DNA from: a bacterium
GTDB lineage: Bacteria > SM23-31
Assembly: GCA_965249485.1 (NCBI GenBank)
Contig: OZ252239.1
Span: forward strand, 2,368,001-2,432,000
Direction: 5' to 3'
DNA length: 64,000 bases
Within the stretch, counting starts at the first letter, position 1, and every line of letters starts with the position of its first letter. A program made the translations under genes and the position numbers. Of the stretch, positions 40,328 through 50,667 are shown in pieces. Under the pieces are notes generated by a model. The model had not been told where the DNA came from. It saw nothing but the letters and a program-made list of their open reading frames with translations, and made no database searches.

Positions 40328-43300
40328 CTAATTTGTATCTTCTCGATTAAGCTCGACTACAATATACGGTGTTTCAACTTCCAGATCAGGATACATTCTG
40401 GCATTACCGTTATTGTCCATTACTTCAAACAGGTAAATAAGATCCCATTCCGGTCTGATATGGCTGGCAGGGATTTCAGCCTGATAATTACCATTTTCAC
40501 CCGTAAGCAGCATGAGTAACGTACGATAGTCCTGATGCTGACTGGCGCCGCGGTACCGCAATCGTACCCATTGTACTCCGGACGGATCGTCTACCTTTGC
40601 AGTAATTACAAGCGGTTTCCCAATATCTGCCGATGATATCGGTGTGTGAGATACGGCAGGAGGTTGATTATCATTAGTTACCCGTACATGAATGTGATTC
40701 AATCCATCTTTCTGTGGATGTGTTATCACTCGTCCGGCAGCATCTTCCGCTTCGATAGAGTAGTTTAATCCATCTTGAACGTGACGTCCCCGGATCGAAC
40801 CTTGATAAAGACCCGGTTCGGTTTGTTCCATTGCAACGTAACGATATCCCAGTTCGCCGCTGCCATACCTAATACGTACCTGTGTGATATTATCCGGTCC
40901 GTTTACAGAAGCATATAACGTAATTTTTTTACCGGGTGAAGCTTTACGAACCGGAACATGTACAATTTCCGGTGCTAACCGCGTGACCTTGATGGTATTC
41001 ATAATCCATGTGGATTGCGTGTACGAATCAATAACCAGGTTCAACCTATCATCCGTTACCGTAGTTCGGAGTGTTTTTTCCACCATTTTCCCTGCAGGAA
41101 CACTGAATTCCTCTGTTTCATCCATTCCATTGGCAACGATCCACATAGGACCGAAATCACGCGGCTCGACGGAACTGTCGAACATGGTGAAAGTCAATTC
41201 ATAGTCACCACTCGGCATATCGGTCATCAGTCTGTGCCCTCCGCCTTCCAGGGGATCGGGACCATGAATGAAACTCAGACCAGCTGCGAGATTATCCGGC
41301 GCACCATTTTTGTTACCGGATCCTCTCGATACGCTTACGACATTGTCACGGGTCAAACCGAAGGTCTGTCTGTTTTCAATCTTTCCGGTAAGACTAAAGT
41401 CATTAAACCATCCATAGCCCTCATTGACGCGCACAAATTTCGCACCGCTGGATATGGGCAGCGAACCTGCCTGCGTATTTCCCTGACCAAAGTAATATTC
41501 GGCAGCAACATGCCGGTAGTCTTGATGAGAGTTTTTTCTCTCATCTTGAAGGGCATTCAATCCATTTTCCAATTTGACCAGTTCGTCTTTCCAATGTCCT
41601 CTTAGATTAACTCTCCCGCCTTCACCCATTATTATATCGTCAGCATATACCCCTTCAGTAACGAGGATAATCTTTTTCCAAACTTCAATTGCTTTTTTCT
41701 CGAAATTAATAGCTTCATCAAGCGAATTAAGGTCCTGAGTTAACTCATATGAAGCATAATTCAGACCTCCATGGATTCGAATTGAGTGATAACCGGCAAG
41801 ATACGCGAGCACCTTGAGGTCGACCATAGTCGAAACGAATTCTTTATTATTATGACTACCTATTCGACCTTCTGCTTGTTCAACCGATTTCAGAATATCA
41901 TTTGAAAGATTTGCGAACCAGTCACTTGTCTTCTGCGGCCATATCTTCGGTGATTCTTTACCTTCAAGATGGAATTTCGTTGCTTCCTTGATCCCTAAAA
42001 ACTGCTGTGTATCGCTCGGTTCGGAATTGATATATACCGGTAGATCGCGCCATCGCTGCTTCTCTGCCCATGATCCATCTGCACTCACTGTCGGAAGGTT
42101 ATATGCATTGATTTTCGGTAATACCTTGCTTGCTAAACGTATGCCTTGTTCAACATCGGAGGCAGCTTTACTCCCGAATCTTTTTTCAAACTCATGTTCC
42201 CATACTTCAGAAGGAGTGTCAGGATTATAACCTACTCTGCCGAATACCTGGAAGAAATACCAGTATCGTTCATACTCCCATGTATAATATTGGTAGTCAG
42301 GTTTCAGTATATCGTATCTTTCTTCACGGTGACGGGCCATCTTCCATGCCAAAGGTTCTGTGACTTCAAAACCATTACCATCATAGAGATGAGTACTTTC
42401 AGTGAACCTTCTGACATATTCGGGATCACCCCAGATCAGGAAGCGCGTCGTCCCCCAATTCCACAACTTATAATGCATTTTATATCTCTTGGGATAGCGA
42501 AGGAGGTCGGCATAACCCGCACGACGGCCCAGCTGGTTGCCCCGGGTTATATGAGTAGGATGGTAGGGAAGGACCATCTGTTCTCCCCAATATTTGGTCG
42601 TTATCCTGACATCGAGACCTGAGTCAAGCGCATCGTCGATCAAGTCATCGGGGAATCCTTTTGCCCTCATGTCGACCCGGATATCGACACCGGAATCTTT
42701 AATGACCTCGTATATTGAATGCCAGAAAGGAAGTTGATACAGCAGGGTCACAGCAGACTCAATGTGCGCACGGAACTGAATGGCATCCATTCCGAAATCC
42801 AAACGGAGAAATTTCGCTAACGCAGCTTCTGTATATTCTATCAAATTATGATCCCCCAAACCCCAGACCTGGTCCTGAGTTGGTTTGGTAACGGGCCCGT
42901 ATACATCGTTACGTCTATTGAGATGCGACCAGAATCCAAGTGTAAATTTCATTCCCCGATCATGTGTCTTCCGTATGACCAATTTTAACATTTCAAGATT
43001 GCGCCGTCTCTTTTCCTCTGTAATCCCTGTAACACCCACTTCGTGAAAACCCTCAACTTCAAATAAATAGGGATAGATCGGTGCAAAATATCCGGCGGCA
43101 GCATAACCGAACGTCATCACAAATGTATTGTACCTGTTTTTTGCAGCCATGTCGAGATATTCATTCCAATAATCTTCGGAAAAGAACGTCCATTCGAATT
43201 CCGACTGATTTACAATGATCTGACCAAGAGCTCTTTCACCCACTTCAGGTGCTTCTGAAACATCGCGCACTTCACTGAGTGGATCGTCTTGGTTTTTTGC

Positions 43301-43741
43301 CCACCCGATTCGGTCCGCGACTTCGAGCGCCGCATACATGACGCCGCGTTCATCATATCCACTCACTAATAACGCTGTTTTCCCATTCCAACGGGTACGG
43401 TGGATGACCAGCGATTCTTCCTCCTCAGGGAGTTGAACGTTTGCATCCAAAAGCAATTGGGCCAATTCATTTGATTCTTGAGCACTACCGATTACGATCA
43501 AAATATTTCCTTTGGCCGCTTCCAGCGTGTTTACCCGTTCAGCATCGATTTCCTTTTCTTCTAACGCCAGTATTATCTTAGAAACACCGTGGTTTATGGG
43601 GGAACTATTTCGATCATATACGACAAGAGAAACGTCTGCCTGAAAAGCGTGGCTTTGGCTTCCGGTAATCGCTATGATCAGCACACTCAATAATGTAGTA
43701 ATAATATTGGAGAGTGGGCGGGAAGGTAGAACGCAATTCAT
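40328..43741 (-). CDS. Large secreted glycoside hydrolase-like protein (GH67/GH115/GH20-like N-domain, TIM barrel, CBM-like and Ig-like C-terminal domains)
   Basis: ATG 43741 after AAGGAG; signal peptide. EESLVI..GYDERGVMYAALE and YLDMAAKNRYN motifs; two repeated P.I/V.H.P Ig modules. Family not certain. Confidence 0.6.
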   Translation of the reverse strand: MNCVLPSRPLSNIITTLLSVLIIAITGSQSHAFQADVSLVVYDRNSSPINHGVSKIILALEEKEIDAERVNTLEAAKGNILIVIGSAQESNELAQLLLDANVQLPEEEESLVIHRTRWNGKTALLVSGYDERGVMYAALEVADRIGWAKNQDDPLSEVRDVSEAPEVGERALGQIIVNQSEFEWTFFSEDYWNEYLDMAAKNRYNTFVMTFGYAAAGYFAPIYPYLFEVEGFHEVGVTGITEEKRRRNLEMLKLVIRKTHDRGMKFTLGFWSHLNRRNDVYGPVTKPTQDQVWGLGDHNLIEYTEAALAKFLRLDFGMDAIQFRAHIESAVTLLYQLPFWHSIYEVIKDSGVDIRVDMRAKGFPDDLIDDALDSGLDVRITTKYWGEQMVLPYHPTHITRGNQLGRRAGYADLLRYPKRYKMHYKLWNWGTTRFLIWGDPEYVRRFTESTHLYDGNGFEVTEPLAWKMARHREERYDILKPDYQYYTWEYERYWYFFQVFGRVGYNPDTPSEVWEHEFEKRFGSKAASDVEQGIRLASKVLPKINAYNLPTVSADGSWAEKQRWRDLPVYINSEPSDTQQFLGIKEATKFHLEGKESPKIWPQKTSDWFANLSNDILKSVEQAEGRIGSHNNKEFVSTMVDLKVLAYLAGYHSIRIHGGLNYASYELTQDLNSLDEAINFEKKAIEVWKKIILVTEGVYADDIIMGEGGRVNLRGHWKDELVKLENGLNALQDERKNSHQDYRHVAAEYYFGQGNTQAGSLPISSGAKFVRVNEGYGWFNDFSLTGKIENRQTFGLTRDNVVSVSRGSGNKNGAPDNLAAGLSFIHGPDPLEGGGHRLMTDMPSGDYELTFTMFDSSVEPRDFGPMWIVANGMDETEEFSVPAGKMVEKTLRTTVTDDRLNLVIDSYTQSTWIMNTIKVTRLAPEIVHVPVRKASPGKKITLYASVNGPDNITQVRIRYGSGELGYRYVAMEQTEPGLYQGSIRGRHVQDGLNYSIEAEDAAGRVITHPQKDGLNHIHVRVTNDNQPPAVSHTPISSADIGKPLVITAKVDDPSGVQWVRLRYRGASQHQDYRTLLMLLTGENGNYQAEIPASHIRPEWDLIYLFEVMDNNGNARMYPDLEVETPYIVVELNREDTN

Positions 43742-44016
43742 TGACAACTCCTTTGAAGTGATACCATTTTGTGTGTATTCACTATGATTATTGAAGAGCA
43801 AAATTAATACATTTGATGTACACAGATAGAATAGAGGGGAGACTAAAATTAAATAGTAATGTATACTCTTTGATTATACAAGTACTTTCTGTTCCACTGG
43901 TTTTAGGATTTGCGATAGTTTATTCGTAGTACATTGTAATATAATTCAAAATATTGTTCAATACATTAATATTTACTATATTTATATAATAAATACATCA
44001 CTGAGAAAGGAATGCC

Positions 44017-45411
44017 ATGAAATTATCAAGACTATTTTCTCTCGTTATCCTTGTAATAGCAAATCTATTTCCGGTAAGCAGTCAAAGTCAGGACAATCCG
44101 ATAAAAACCGTGCTAACTAATTGCAATGTTATCGATTGTACCGGAAGTCCTGTAAAAGAGAATATGACGGTAATAATAACAGGGAACGAAATATCGTCAA
44201 TAACGCAAGGACCGTATCGACCATCACGACAGGACAAAAATAGTGAAGTCATCGATCTGGAAGGCGGGTATATTCTTCCCGGTTTTTGGAACATGCATAC
44301 TCATATGACCGATCTCCTGCCTTGGAATAACGCGCTGAACGACGAGGGGCTTGTTTCAAAAGCGATACGGGGCGGTTTAAATGCTCTGGATGGCCTGCGG
44401 TATGGATTTACAAGTCTTCGTTCTGCAGGTGAGGAGGAATACATAGACGTGACCTGGAGAGGTGTCTTTGACAAAGGATTTTTCCTTGGACCGCGCATCT
44501 TTGCCGCCGGCCCACCGGTATCTCCTACGGCAGGACACAGGGGCAGCGCAAAGGATGGAGCCGACGGTGTTGGGGAAATCAGGAAAGCTGTACGAGAGCG
44601 TATCCGGAACGGTGTCAATGTGATCAAGATTATGAGTCTGGAAATGTTTCCCGATGAGCTTGAGGCTGTCGTAGAAACAGCCCATGGTTTTGGGGTCAGG
44701 GTTTTGGCTCATTCCCGTGAGCCGGGAACCTACAGAGACGTTGCTGCCGGTGTTGATTGTATTGAACATGGATATAAGATGACAGACGAAACTATCAATC
44801 TGATGGCAAAGAAAGGGACTTTTTTCGACCCAACCATCAATGCTAATTTAAGCGATCAATATATCAAAGAGAGGGAAAGAGATCTGGCAAGATTGGGCCA
44901 TTCCGACGATGCAAAAGTCGTCAGGATTCGTAATGCTGTCACCTATGCGGATGAAAGAACCCCTGAGCACGCTTTGTATCAAAGACAAACCCTTAAAAAG
45001 GCTGCCGATGCTGGCGTAAAGCTCCTCATTGGAGCCGACTCTATGCCAATTGGGGAAATCGGGATCCTGGAAATGGAAGAATTTGTTAATGCCGGTGTCA
45101 GCGAGATGCAAACGCTCATTGCCGCCACCCGGAACGGTGCGGATATGTTAGGTGTGCTGGACAGGCTTGGGACTGTCGAAGAAGGAAAACTTGCAGACCT
45201 CGTGGTCGTTGCCGGTAATCCCCTGGATAACATCTCCAATATCAGGAACGTGAAGATGGTCTTTAAAGACGGTGCTTCGGTGGACCTGGAGCATCCTCTT
45301 GGAACGGCCAGTTACCTGGATTATTTTGAGATGTCCGGATTTGGAAGAATCAGACACATCGACCAATTTTTTAAATCGGGAGGAGCCGAAAAGGTTACTC
45401 AAATAAAGTAA
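44017..45411 (+). CDS. Secreted amidohydrolase, paralog of 27016..28422
   Basis: PGFWNMHTH, IEHG and GAD motifs; long blocks identical to the 27 kb gene. Confidence 0.9.
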   Translation: MKLSRLFSLVILVIANLFPVSSQSQDNPIKTVLTNCNVIDCTGSPVKENMTVIITGNEISSITQGPYRPSRQDKNSEVIDLEGGYILPGFWNMHTHMTDLLPWNNALNDEGLVSKAIRGGLNALDGLRYGFTSLRSAGEEEYIDVTWRGVFDKGFFLGPRIFAAGPPVSPTAGHRGSAKDGADGVGEIRKAVRERIRNGVNVIKIMSLEMFPDELEAVVETAHGFGVRVLAHSREPGTYRDVAAGVDCIEHGYKMTDETINLMAKKGTFFDPTINANLSDQYIKERERDLARLGHSDDAKVVRIRNAVTYADERTPEHALYQRQTLKKAADAGVKLLIGADSMPIGEIGILEMEEFVNAGVSEMQTLIAATRNGADMLGVLDRLGTVEEGKLADLVVVAGNPLDNISNIRNVKMVFKDGASVDLEHPLGTASYLDYFEMSGFGRIRHIDQFFKSGGAEKVTQIK

Positions 45412-45614
45412 GATTAGATTGGATCAGACAAAAAATAACGACTTTACGGTTTGAAGTAGCACTGGAAATGTCTTAGCATAACTCTTATTAGAATATGCAG
45501 ATAGAGTCTCTGAAAGCAGGTGCTATGAGCAATGCTGTGATGATAGACCCGGTGCGTAGATTACGCTCTCCAAAAAGTGGGCACTTAGCAAATTCTTGCA
45601 CACAGCAAATTATT

Positions 45615-46118
45615 TTATGTCGTAACCTCGTTCAATTTTCCGGTTTTCACATCGAAAACAAATCCTCTGACAGTTATATCTTCCGGAATCCAGGGATGAG
45701 TTTTAATTTTTTGGATTTGTTGACGGATATTTTCCTCAAGGTCATCAAACGCATGAAAACAGGCTGGAGATACCGCTGCCGTGCCCGTTTGCTGCTGCAG
45801 TTTTGCTCTTAAATCATTATCTTGAAATTTCATCATCCCGCAATCGGTATGATTTATTATCATGAATTCTTGAGTTCCAAGCAGATGATGCGAAATGATA
45901 AGAGACCTGAGAGCATCCTCGGTTACTATTCCGCCGGCATTGCGTATGATATGAGCGTCGCCTGTCTTCAGTCCTAAAATGTCCTCAATTGTCACACGGG
46001 CATCCATACAGGCGACAACAGCCAATTTTCTACCCGGGGGCTTTGGAAGATCTCCCAGCGTAAAATTATCCGCATAGTCTTTATTAGCTAGAAGAATTTC
46101 TGCAATAACACTCATCAT
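45615..46118 (-). CDS. Beta-class carbonic anhydrase (clade D / Cab-like)
   Basis: ACMDAR, RNAGG, HTDCGM and GFVFDVKTGKL motifs; ATG 46118 after GAAGGG. Confidence 0.92.
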   Translation of the reverse strand: MMSVIAEILLANKDYADNFTLGDLPKPPGRKLAVVACMDARVTIEDILGLKTGDAHIIRNAGGIVTEDALRSLIISHHLLGTQEFMIINHTDCGMMKFQDNDLRAKLQQQTGTAAVSPACFHAFDDLEENIRQQIQKIKTHPWIPEDITVRGFVFDVKTGKLNEVTT

Positions 46119-46281
46119 ACAATTCCCTTCAAAACGTAAATCGTAACTCTTCTCATTAATCGAGATTAAAATCTCGTTCTTTGACAGTACCAATGACTAA
46201 ATCTAATGTATTGATACAACATCAGCATGTATCATCTTACTTTGTCCATTATCAGTATCAAAAAAGAATTTCCGGGCACAT

Positions 46282-47829
46282 TTATTGAGATGCTTTCCTT
46301 CTCGGCATCATTTCATCGCGCATGGCTGCATGGTACACAAAAGCTGCAATAATCGCGGCATTATGTTTAAGAGTGTTCTCCGGTGTATAGTCTGCTACAT
46401 CCATGTTGGTATGAATCTGTGTAGTAAAATACTGCTCCGGATCCTGAATCCATGAAAATGCCGGAATATTCAACGCATCAAAACCAATGTTGTCAGTACA
46501 ACACCCAAATTCCACGGATACCGTTTTTGCCCCTACACTATGAAAAGGCTCAAAGTAGCGTTTCAAAATTGGTCGAATTGCTTCATTACCCTGTGTAAGA
46601 ATTCCTCGAATTTTGTGACCGTTGTTATCGTGATTAAAATAGACAGATATCAATGGTAGCTCCCCGTTGTCTTCACCGGTGAGAATATCACCGACATATT
46701 TCTCGATATATCCTAATGAACCTCGCATTCCTTGTTCTTCGCCTCCCCAAAGCACAAGACGTATTGTGCGCCTGGGTTGAATATCAAGAGCTTTCAATAT
46801 GCGAATAGCCTCCATATTTGTAGCGGAACCAGCACCATTATCAGCTGCTCCTGTCCCGCTGTGGTACGAATCCAAATGACCTCCAACAAACACTAATTGA
46901 TCCTTCAAATTATTATCGGTGCCGGGTATTTCCGCGAAGATATTGGTGTGATTATTGGGATTCTCATTAAATCTGACGTTTAAGTGAAGCTTCAGAGTAA
47001 TCTCAATATTTTTATCAAGCATTCGTACCATTCTTGCATGCTGTTCTTTACTAATCACAAAATTGGGTACCGGCTTCATCTCGCCTTTTTTGCTGTATCG
47101 CTGCTGTCTGGCATCTAATATGCCGGGTGTTTTGCTGCTGCCTCGAATAACCGCGGCGACACCTTCATCCAAAAGAAATCGATTGATTCTATCGGCTTCA
47201 GTTTCTCCCCGATTCAGTCTGCTTTGTATCATTTCTATGGAGGGTCTGACATTATTTGCACTCAAACCACGTATAGGGTTGGGATTTATTTGGCCTTCAG
47301 CTTTTGCCAATTCATCCTCCGTGAAAAATCCTTCCCGATATCCAGATTGTGAGCGAAACTCAGGTGACATCACTATTTTTCCTCTCAATGTACCGCTGAG
47401 TTTCTTCAGGGCTTCCAGAGAGTTATGATCGACAATGACCGGTGAACCAATTACTTCACCATTTGTACCCATTGTCCAGGCATCCGGTAGAGCAGTAATA
47501 TTCATATAACGGGGCGTAATCATCTCAACGGAATAAGATTCTGCTTCCCATCCGCGCAAATCATCAGCGTAAGAATCGAAACGTACGTTCTCGATTCCCC
47601 AATCTTCCAAACGTTGTTTGGTCCAAACTGCCGCTTCGTAATAGGCAGGACTTCCGGACAGACGTGGACCATAAACATCGGTTAAGTAACTCAATGTTTC
47701 CATAACTTGCGAATGTTGGTAAGCTTCTTCCTTAATACGAGCGACGACATCGGAATCAATGATCTCCTGAGCAATGCCGTCTTTTGAAATCATTAACATA
47801 ATAATAAGTATTGCAACTCTGGCAGCCAT
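46282..47829 (-). CDS. Secreted M28 family aminopeptidase/carboxypeptidase Q-like
   Basis: YGPRLSGS, GGHLDS, GAADNGAG, GEEQG, NHDN and HTNMD motifs; ATG 47829 after AGGAG. Confidence 0.9.
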   Translation of the reverse strand: MAARVAILIIMLMISKDGIAQEIIDSDVVARIKEEAYQHSQVMETLSYLTDVYGPRLSGSPAYYEAAVWTKQRLEDWGIENVRFDSYADDLRGWEAESYSVEMITPRYMNITALPDAWTMGTNGEVIGSPVIVDHNSLEALKKLSGTLRGKIVMSPEFRSQSGYREGFFTEDELAKAEGQINPNPIRGLSANNVRPSIEMIQSRLNRGETEADRINRFLLDEGVAAVIRGSSKTPGILDARQQRYSKKGEMKPVPNFVISKEQHARMVRMLDKNIEITLKLHLNVRFNENPNNHTNIFAEIPGTDNNLKDQLVFVGGHLDSYHSGTGAADNGAGSATNMEAIRILKALDIQPRRTIRLVLWGGEEQGMRGSLGYIEKYVGDILTGEDNGELPLISVYFNHDNNGHKIRGILTQGNEAIRPILKRYFEPFHSVGAKTVSVEFGCCTDNIGFDALNIPAFSWIQDPEQYFTTQIHTNMDVADYTPENTLKHNAAIIAAFVYHAAMRDEMMPRRKASQ

Positions 47830-48073
47830 TTCTATTCTCCTTAAATGTTTGAGCATAAATGAGTTGTGTGACGATTTGGATACTTTGGAATCAAATAGTA
47901 AAGCAAGCATTTTGCTATTGCAAGAAACTTCTACTCTCCGTGCTTTAAGTTTAATAAACGTATCTACTTTCTGAATTATGATGGTTCGTTTTAGTAATAT
48001 TGCACAAGGTATTGAAAAGATTTTCTGATGTTCAGGTGGTTTATTATAAAGAATAATTTTATCAATAAATACT

Positions 48074-50374
48074 TTATTTGCGTAGCAGATAGGTGAATTT
48101 TACGAGAAGTGTGCGGTTACTTAACTCGCCATTATTTTTTCCAACTAAGTTTTCCTGATTATAAACCAGGAAAAAGTCACTTCCCGGTTTATACGTGTAC
48201 TGAACAAGAATATTTTGTCCGATTCTGTCTCTGTTTTCTAAAAGAAGATCATCATCAACCCACTGGATAAATCCCTTTATATAGAGATCAGTTGTAAAAG
48301 TGAAATATATCCGGGAAGTAAGTTTGTTTGTGTGGAATCTCCCTTCATTCAGCTTTACTTCGTTATAATTATAGCTAGTCTGCGCAACGATTCTGCCCAT
48401 GGCATATATATTTGTTGAGATCCCACCGCCGAGTGAAGTACCGTTATATAATTCTCCGCCGTTTATTGAGAGTGAACCGGATATTTTTCTGACGTTTCCG
48501 GTACTATATGTCATTCCTGCTGTCGTCCAGGTATATTCATGCTGCGGGAGAAGGATTTCTGGCCGTATTTCAAAATCTTCGTCAAGATATTCAAATTGCC
48601 GGTCTACCTTGAATTGCAATCTTGTATCATTCTGAAAATGTATTGTAAACGAACCACCAACCTTTTTGTCTAATGTCCGGTACCTGCCGTCTGTCTGATA
48701 CATACCGTTGGCGGTAAAGAGCAATTGTCTTATCGATGGCCATCTTTTGGGTCGGGGTGAGAACGATATACTACCCGATGTATTTTTTATATCTGTTCTT
48801 CGTATAAATCCCATTTCAGGATTAAAAGATTCCTCTATATTCAGAAAACTGGCATTTATACTCAATAGGTCAGCCTGATATCTGAATCCGGTATCTCCCG
48901 CAAAATTGTTTCGATTTAGGATTTTTTCCGGGGAATATGTCCCTGCTGCGACGAAATAGAATGACAATTTTTCATTGAAATTGAAATTAGAATCAAAACC
49001 TATAGAGCGGTTGTATCCGCCGTCTCGTTCATCTTTATTCAACAGCATGATACCAATGGCTGAGCGTGAAAAAACGTTCCGTTTTAACCTGAAAGCACTA
49101 AAATTCGTTTCCGAAATGTTATTATCTTCTTCGATATCAGTTTTTTCGGTCTGAATAGAGACCATTCCCAGAGTGTAGTCACCTATTTTTCCATTGATCC
49201 GGGCTCCACCGATTACGGGAATCGCGTTACCGTCAGAAATCCCGATATTACGGCTGTGAAAAAGCTGGATTGGGCTTGCCTGAGCACGACTGATTCGACC
49301 TCTACTTTGGCCAAACGCAAAGGTTTCCGCTCCTTCTAGAAAAAAATCCCGCTTTTCTGGAAAAAACAGATTGAACCGGGTAAGGTTGATCTGTTCCTGG
49401 TCTGCTTCGATCTGAGCAAAATCGGTATTATAGGTAAAGTCAGCTGTTAACGTGGATGTGAGGTTAGCTTTAATATCCAATCCGGCTTCACCAAGCTCAT
49501 CTTCGGTGAGATCATCACGCTGTACTCCGCCGGTCATAAACGGTTTGATCTCAAAGTTGCCTCCCCTTTTCAGACCGTTAAAACCGGTAATGTCACCCGC
49601 TTCGGATGTCCGAAAATGCCCATCCACTCCGGCATAAAGAGGTACAAACCGCCAGTAATCATATTCATTTTTCCTCTGGATTTCTCTCATGAAATTAACA
49701 CCCATTATAAGGTTGTCTCCTTCCGGGAAACGGAGCATCTGCCAGGGAATCGCTATCTCAATGTACCACCCCTTTTCATCGATCGAAGTTTTTGCATTCC
49801 ACACTCCGTTCCAAACTCGATTTCTGATCTTGCCGTCTTCGCCAAGGGTCGCGTCAATCCGCGCACCTGCTGGATTAGTAGCAAAATTGAAAGCATTCCG
49901 ATGATCATGATAGGTGTCCAGTACTATTTCGAAAATGTCTTCATAACGCAATGCACCATCCCGGCGCATTTCAGAATGTACGATTTTATCGGGTTCCGAA
50001 TCATAGAGCCGGGCGCCAAAAATTAAATTGTCATCGTCGTAAATAATTGCTATTTCAGTTGTTTCGGTCGCAGGAGCACCTGTATCGGGCAGTCGTTGAA
50101 TAAAGTCACCCGAAAATTTGGCCTGTTCCCACACGGAATCATTAAGTATGCCGTCAATCTTCGGACCTTTCGGCACTCTTACTGCTTTCATTGTTCTATG
50201 GTAGGGGCTGGATTCAAAAGAATCAGCCGTCTGCGCAAACGAATTTCCAGAACTGAAGACTGTGACGAGCAGAACAAATCTGGAAACCTTTTTAATAATT
50301 CTAATCGATAGAAGAGGGTTCACGATAAATCTGGTTAGTTGGTTCAATTGATAATTTATGCGTAAAGATAGCAT
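48074..50374 (-). CDS. CBM9/DOMON-like + DUF5916 outer-membrane protein
   Basis: PKIDGILNDSVW, GWYIEIAIPW, NTDFAQIEAD and NLTRFNLFFPEKRDFFLEG motifs; beta-rich C-terminus. Start uncertain. Confidence 0.85.
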   Translation of the reverse strand: MLSLRINYQLNQLTRFIVNPLLSIRIIKKVSRFVLLVTVFSSGNSFAQTADSFESSPYHRTMKAVRVPKGPKIDGILNDSVWEQAKFSGDFIQRLPDTGAPATETTEIAIIYDDDNLIFGARLYDSEPDKIVHSEMRRDGALRYEDIFEIVLDTYHDHRNAFNFATNPAGARIDATLGEDGKIRNRVWNGVWNAKTSIDEKGWYIEIAIPWQMLRFPEGDNLIMGVNFMREIQRKNEYDYWRFVPLYAGVDGHFRTSEAGDITGFNGLKRGGNFEIKPFMTGGVQRDDLTEDELGEAGLDIKANLTSTLTADFTYNTDFAQIEADQEQINLTRFNLFFPEKRDFFLEGAETFAFGQSRGRISRAQASPIQLFHSRNIGISDGNAIPVIGGARINGKIGDYTLGMVSIQTEKTDIEEDNNISETNFSAFRLKRNVFSRSAIGIMLLNKDERDGGYNRSIGFDSNFNFNEKLSFYFVAAGTYSPEKILNRNNFAGDTGFRYQADLLSINASFLNIEESFNPEMGFIRRTDIKNTSGSISFSPRPKRWPSIRQLLFTANGMYQTDGRYRTLDKKVGGSFTIHFQNDTRLQFKVDRQFEYLDEDFEIRPEILLPQHEYTWTTAGMTYSTGNVRKISGSLSINGGELYNGTSLGGGISTNIYAMGRIVAQTSYNYNEVKLNEGRFHTNKLTSRIYFTFTTDLYIKGFIQWVDDDLLLENRDRIGQNILVQYTYKPGSDFFLVYNQENLVGKNNGELSNRTLLVKFTYLLRK

Positions 50375-50583
50375 AAGTTTAGATGATAATCAAGATATAG
50401 GGATACTATTCATTGGAGTATTCATCCATTCATGAATGTACATATACATTTAAAATATGTGTATATTCAAAAAGAGATATTGTTATAAAAAAATTATTTA
50501 AAGTTTTGAATTTCAATCGAATATCTGTTGTATTTCTATACAATAATGTACGTGTAACTTCCTATATAATTGTTACTTTTGAC

Positions 50584-50612
50584 TTGACAACTTATTGAAT
50601 AAAATGTATCAT
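50584..50612 (+). promoter_or_regulatory. Sigma70-type promoter
   Basis: TTGACA-N17-TATCAT about 55 nt upstream of ATG 50668. Confidence 0.65.
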
Positions 50613-50667
50613 GAATCAGAGTGAGATTGCTATAAAAAACACTATCTAATCACAAGAGGAGGGAACA

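Noticed and set aside
41015..42622. Long antisense ORFs (e.g. 41015..41605, 42146..42622; similarly 13356..13793, 22613..23053, 27029..27460, 54934..55380)
   Set aside because: Shadow frames of well-supported genes on the opposite strand, with no recognisable motifs.
45495..45812. 105-aa ORF on the + strand
   Set aside because: Overlaps the carbonic anhydrase antisense; no motif or SD.
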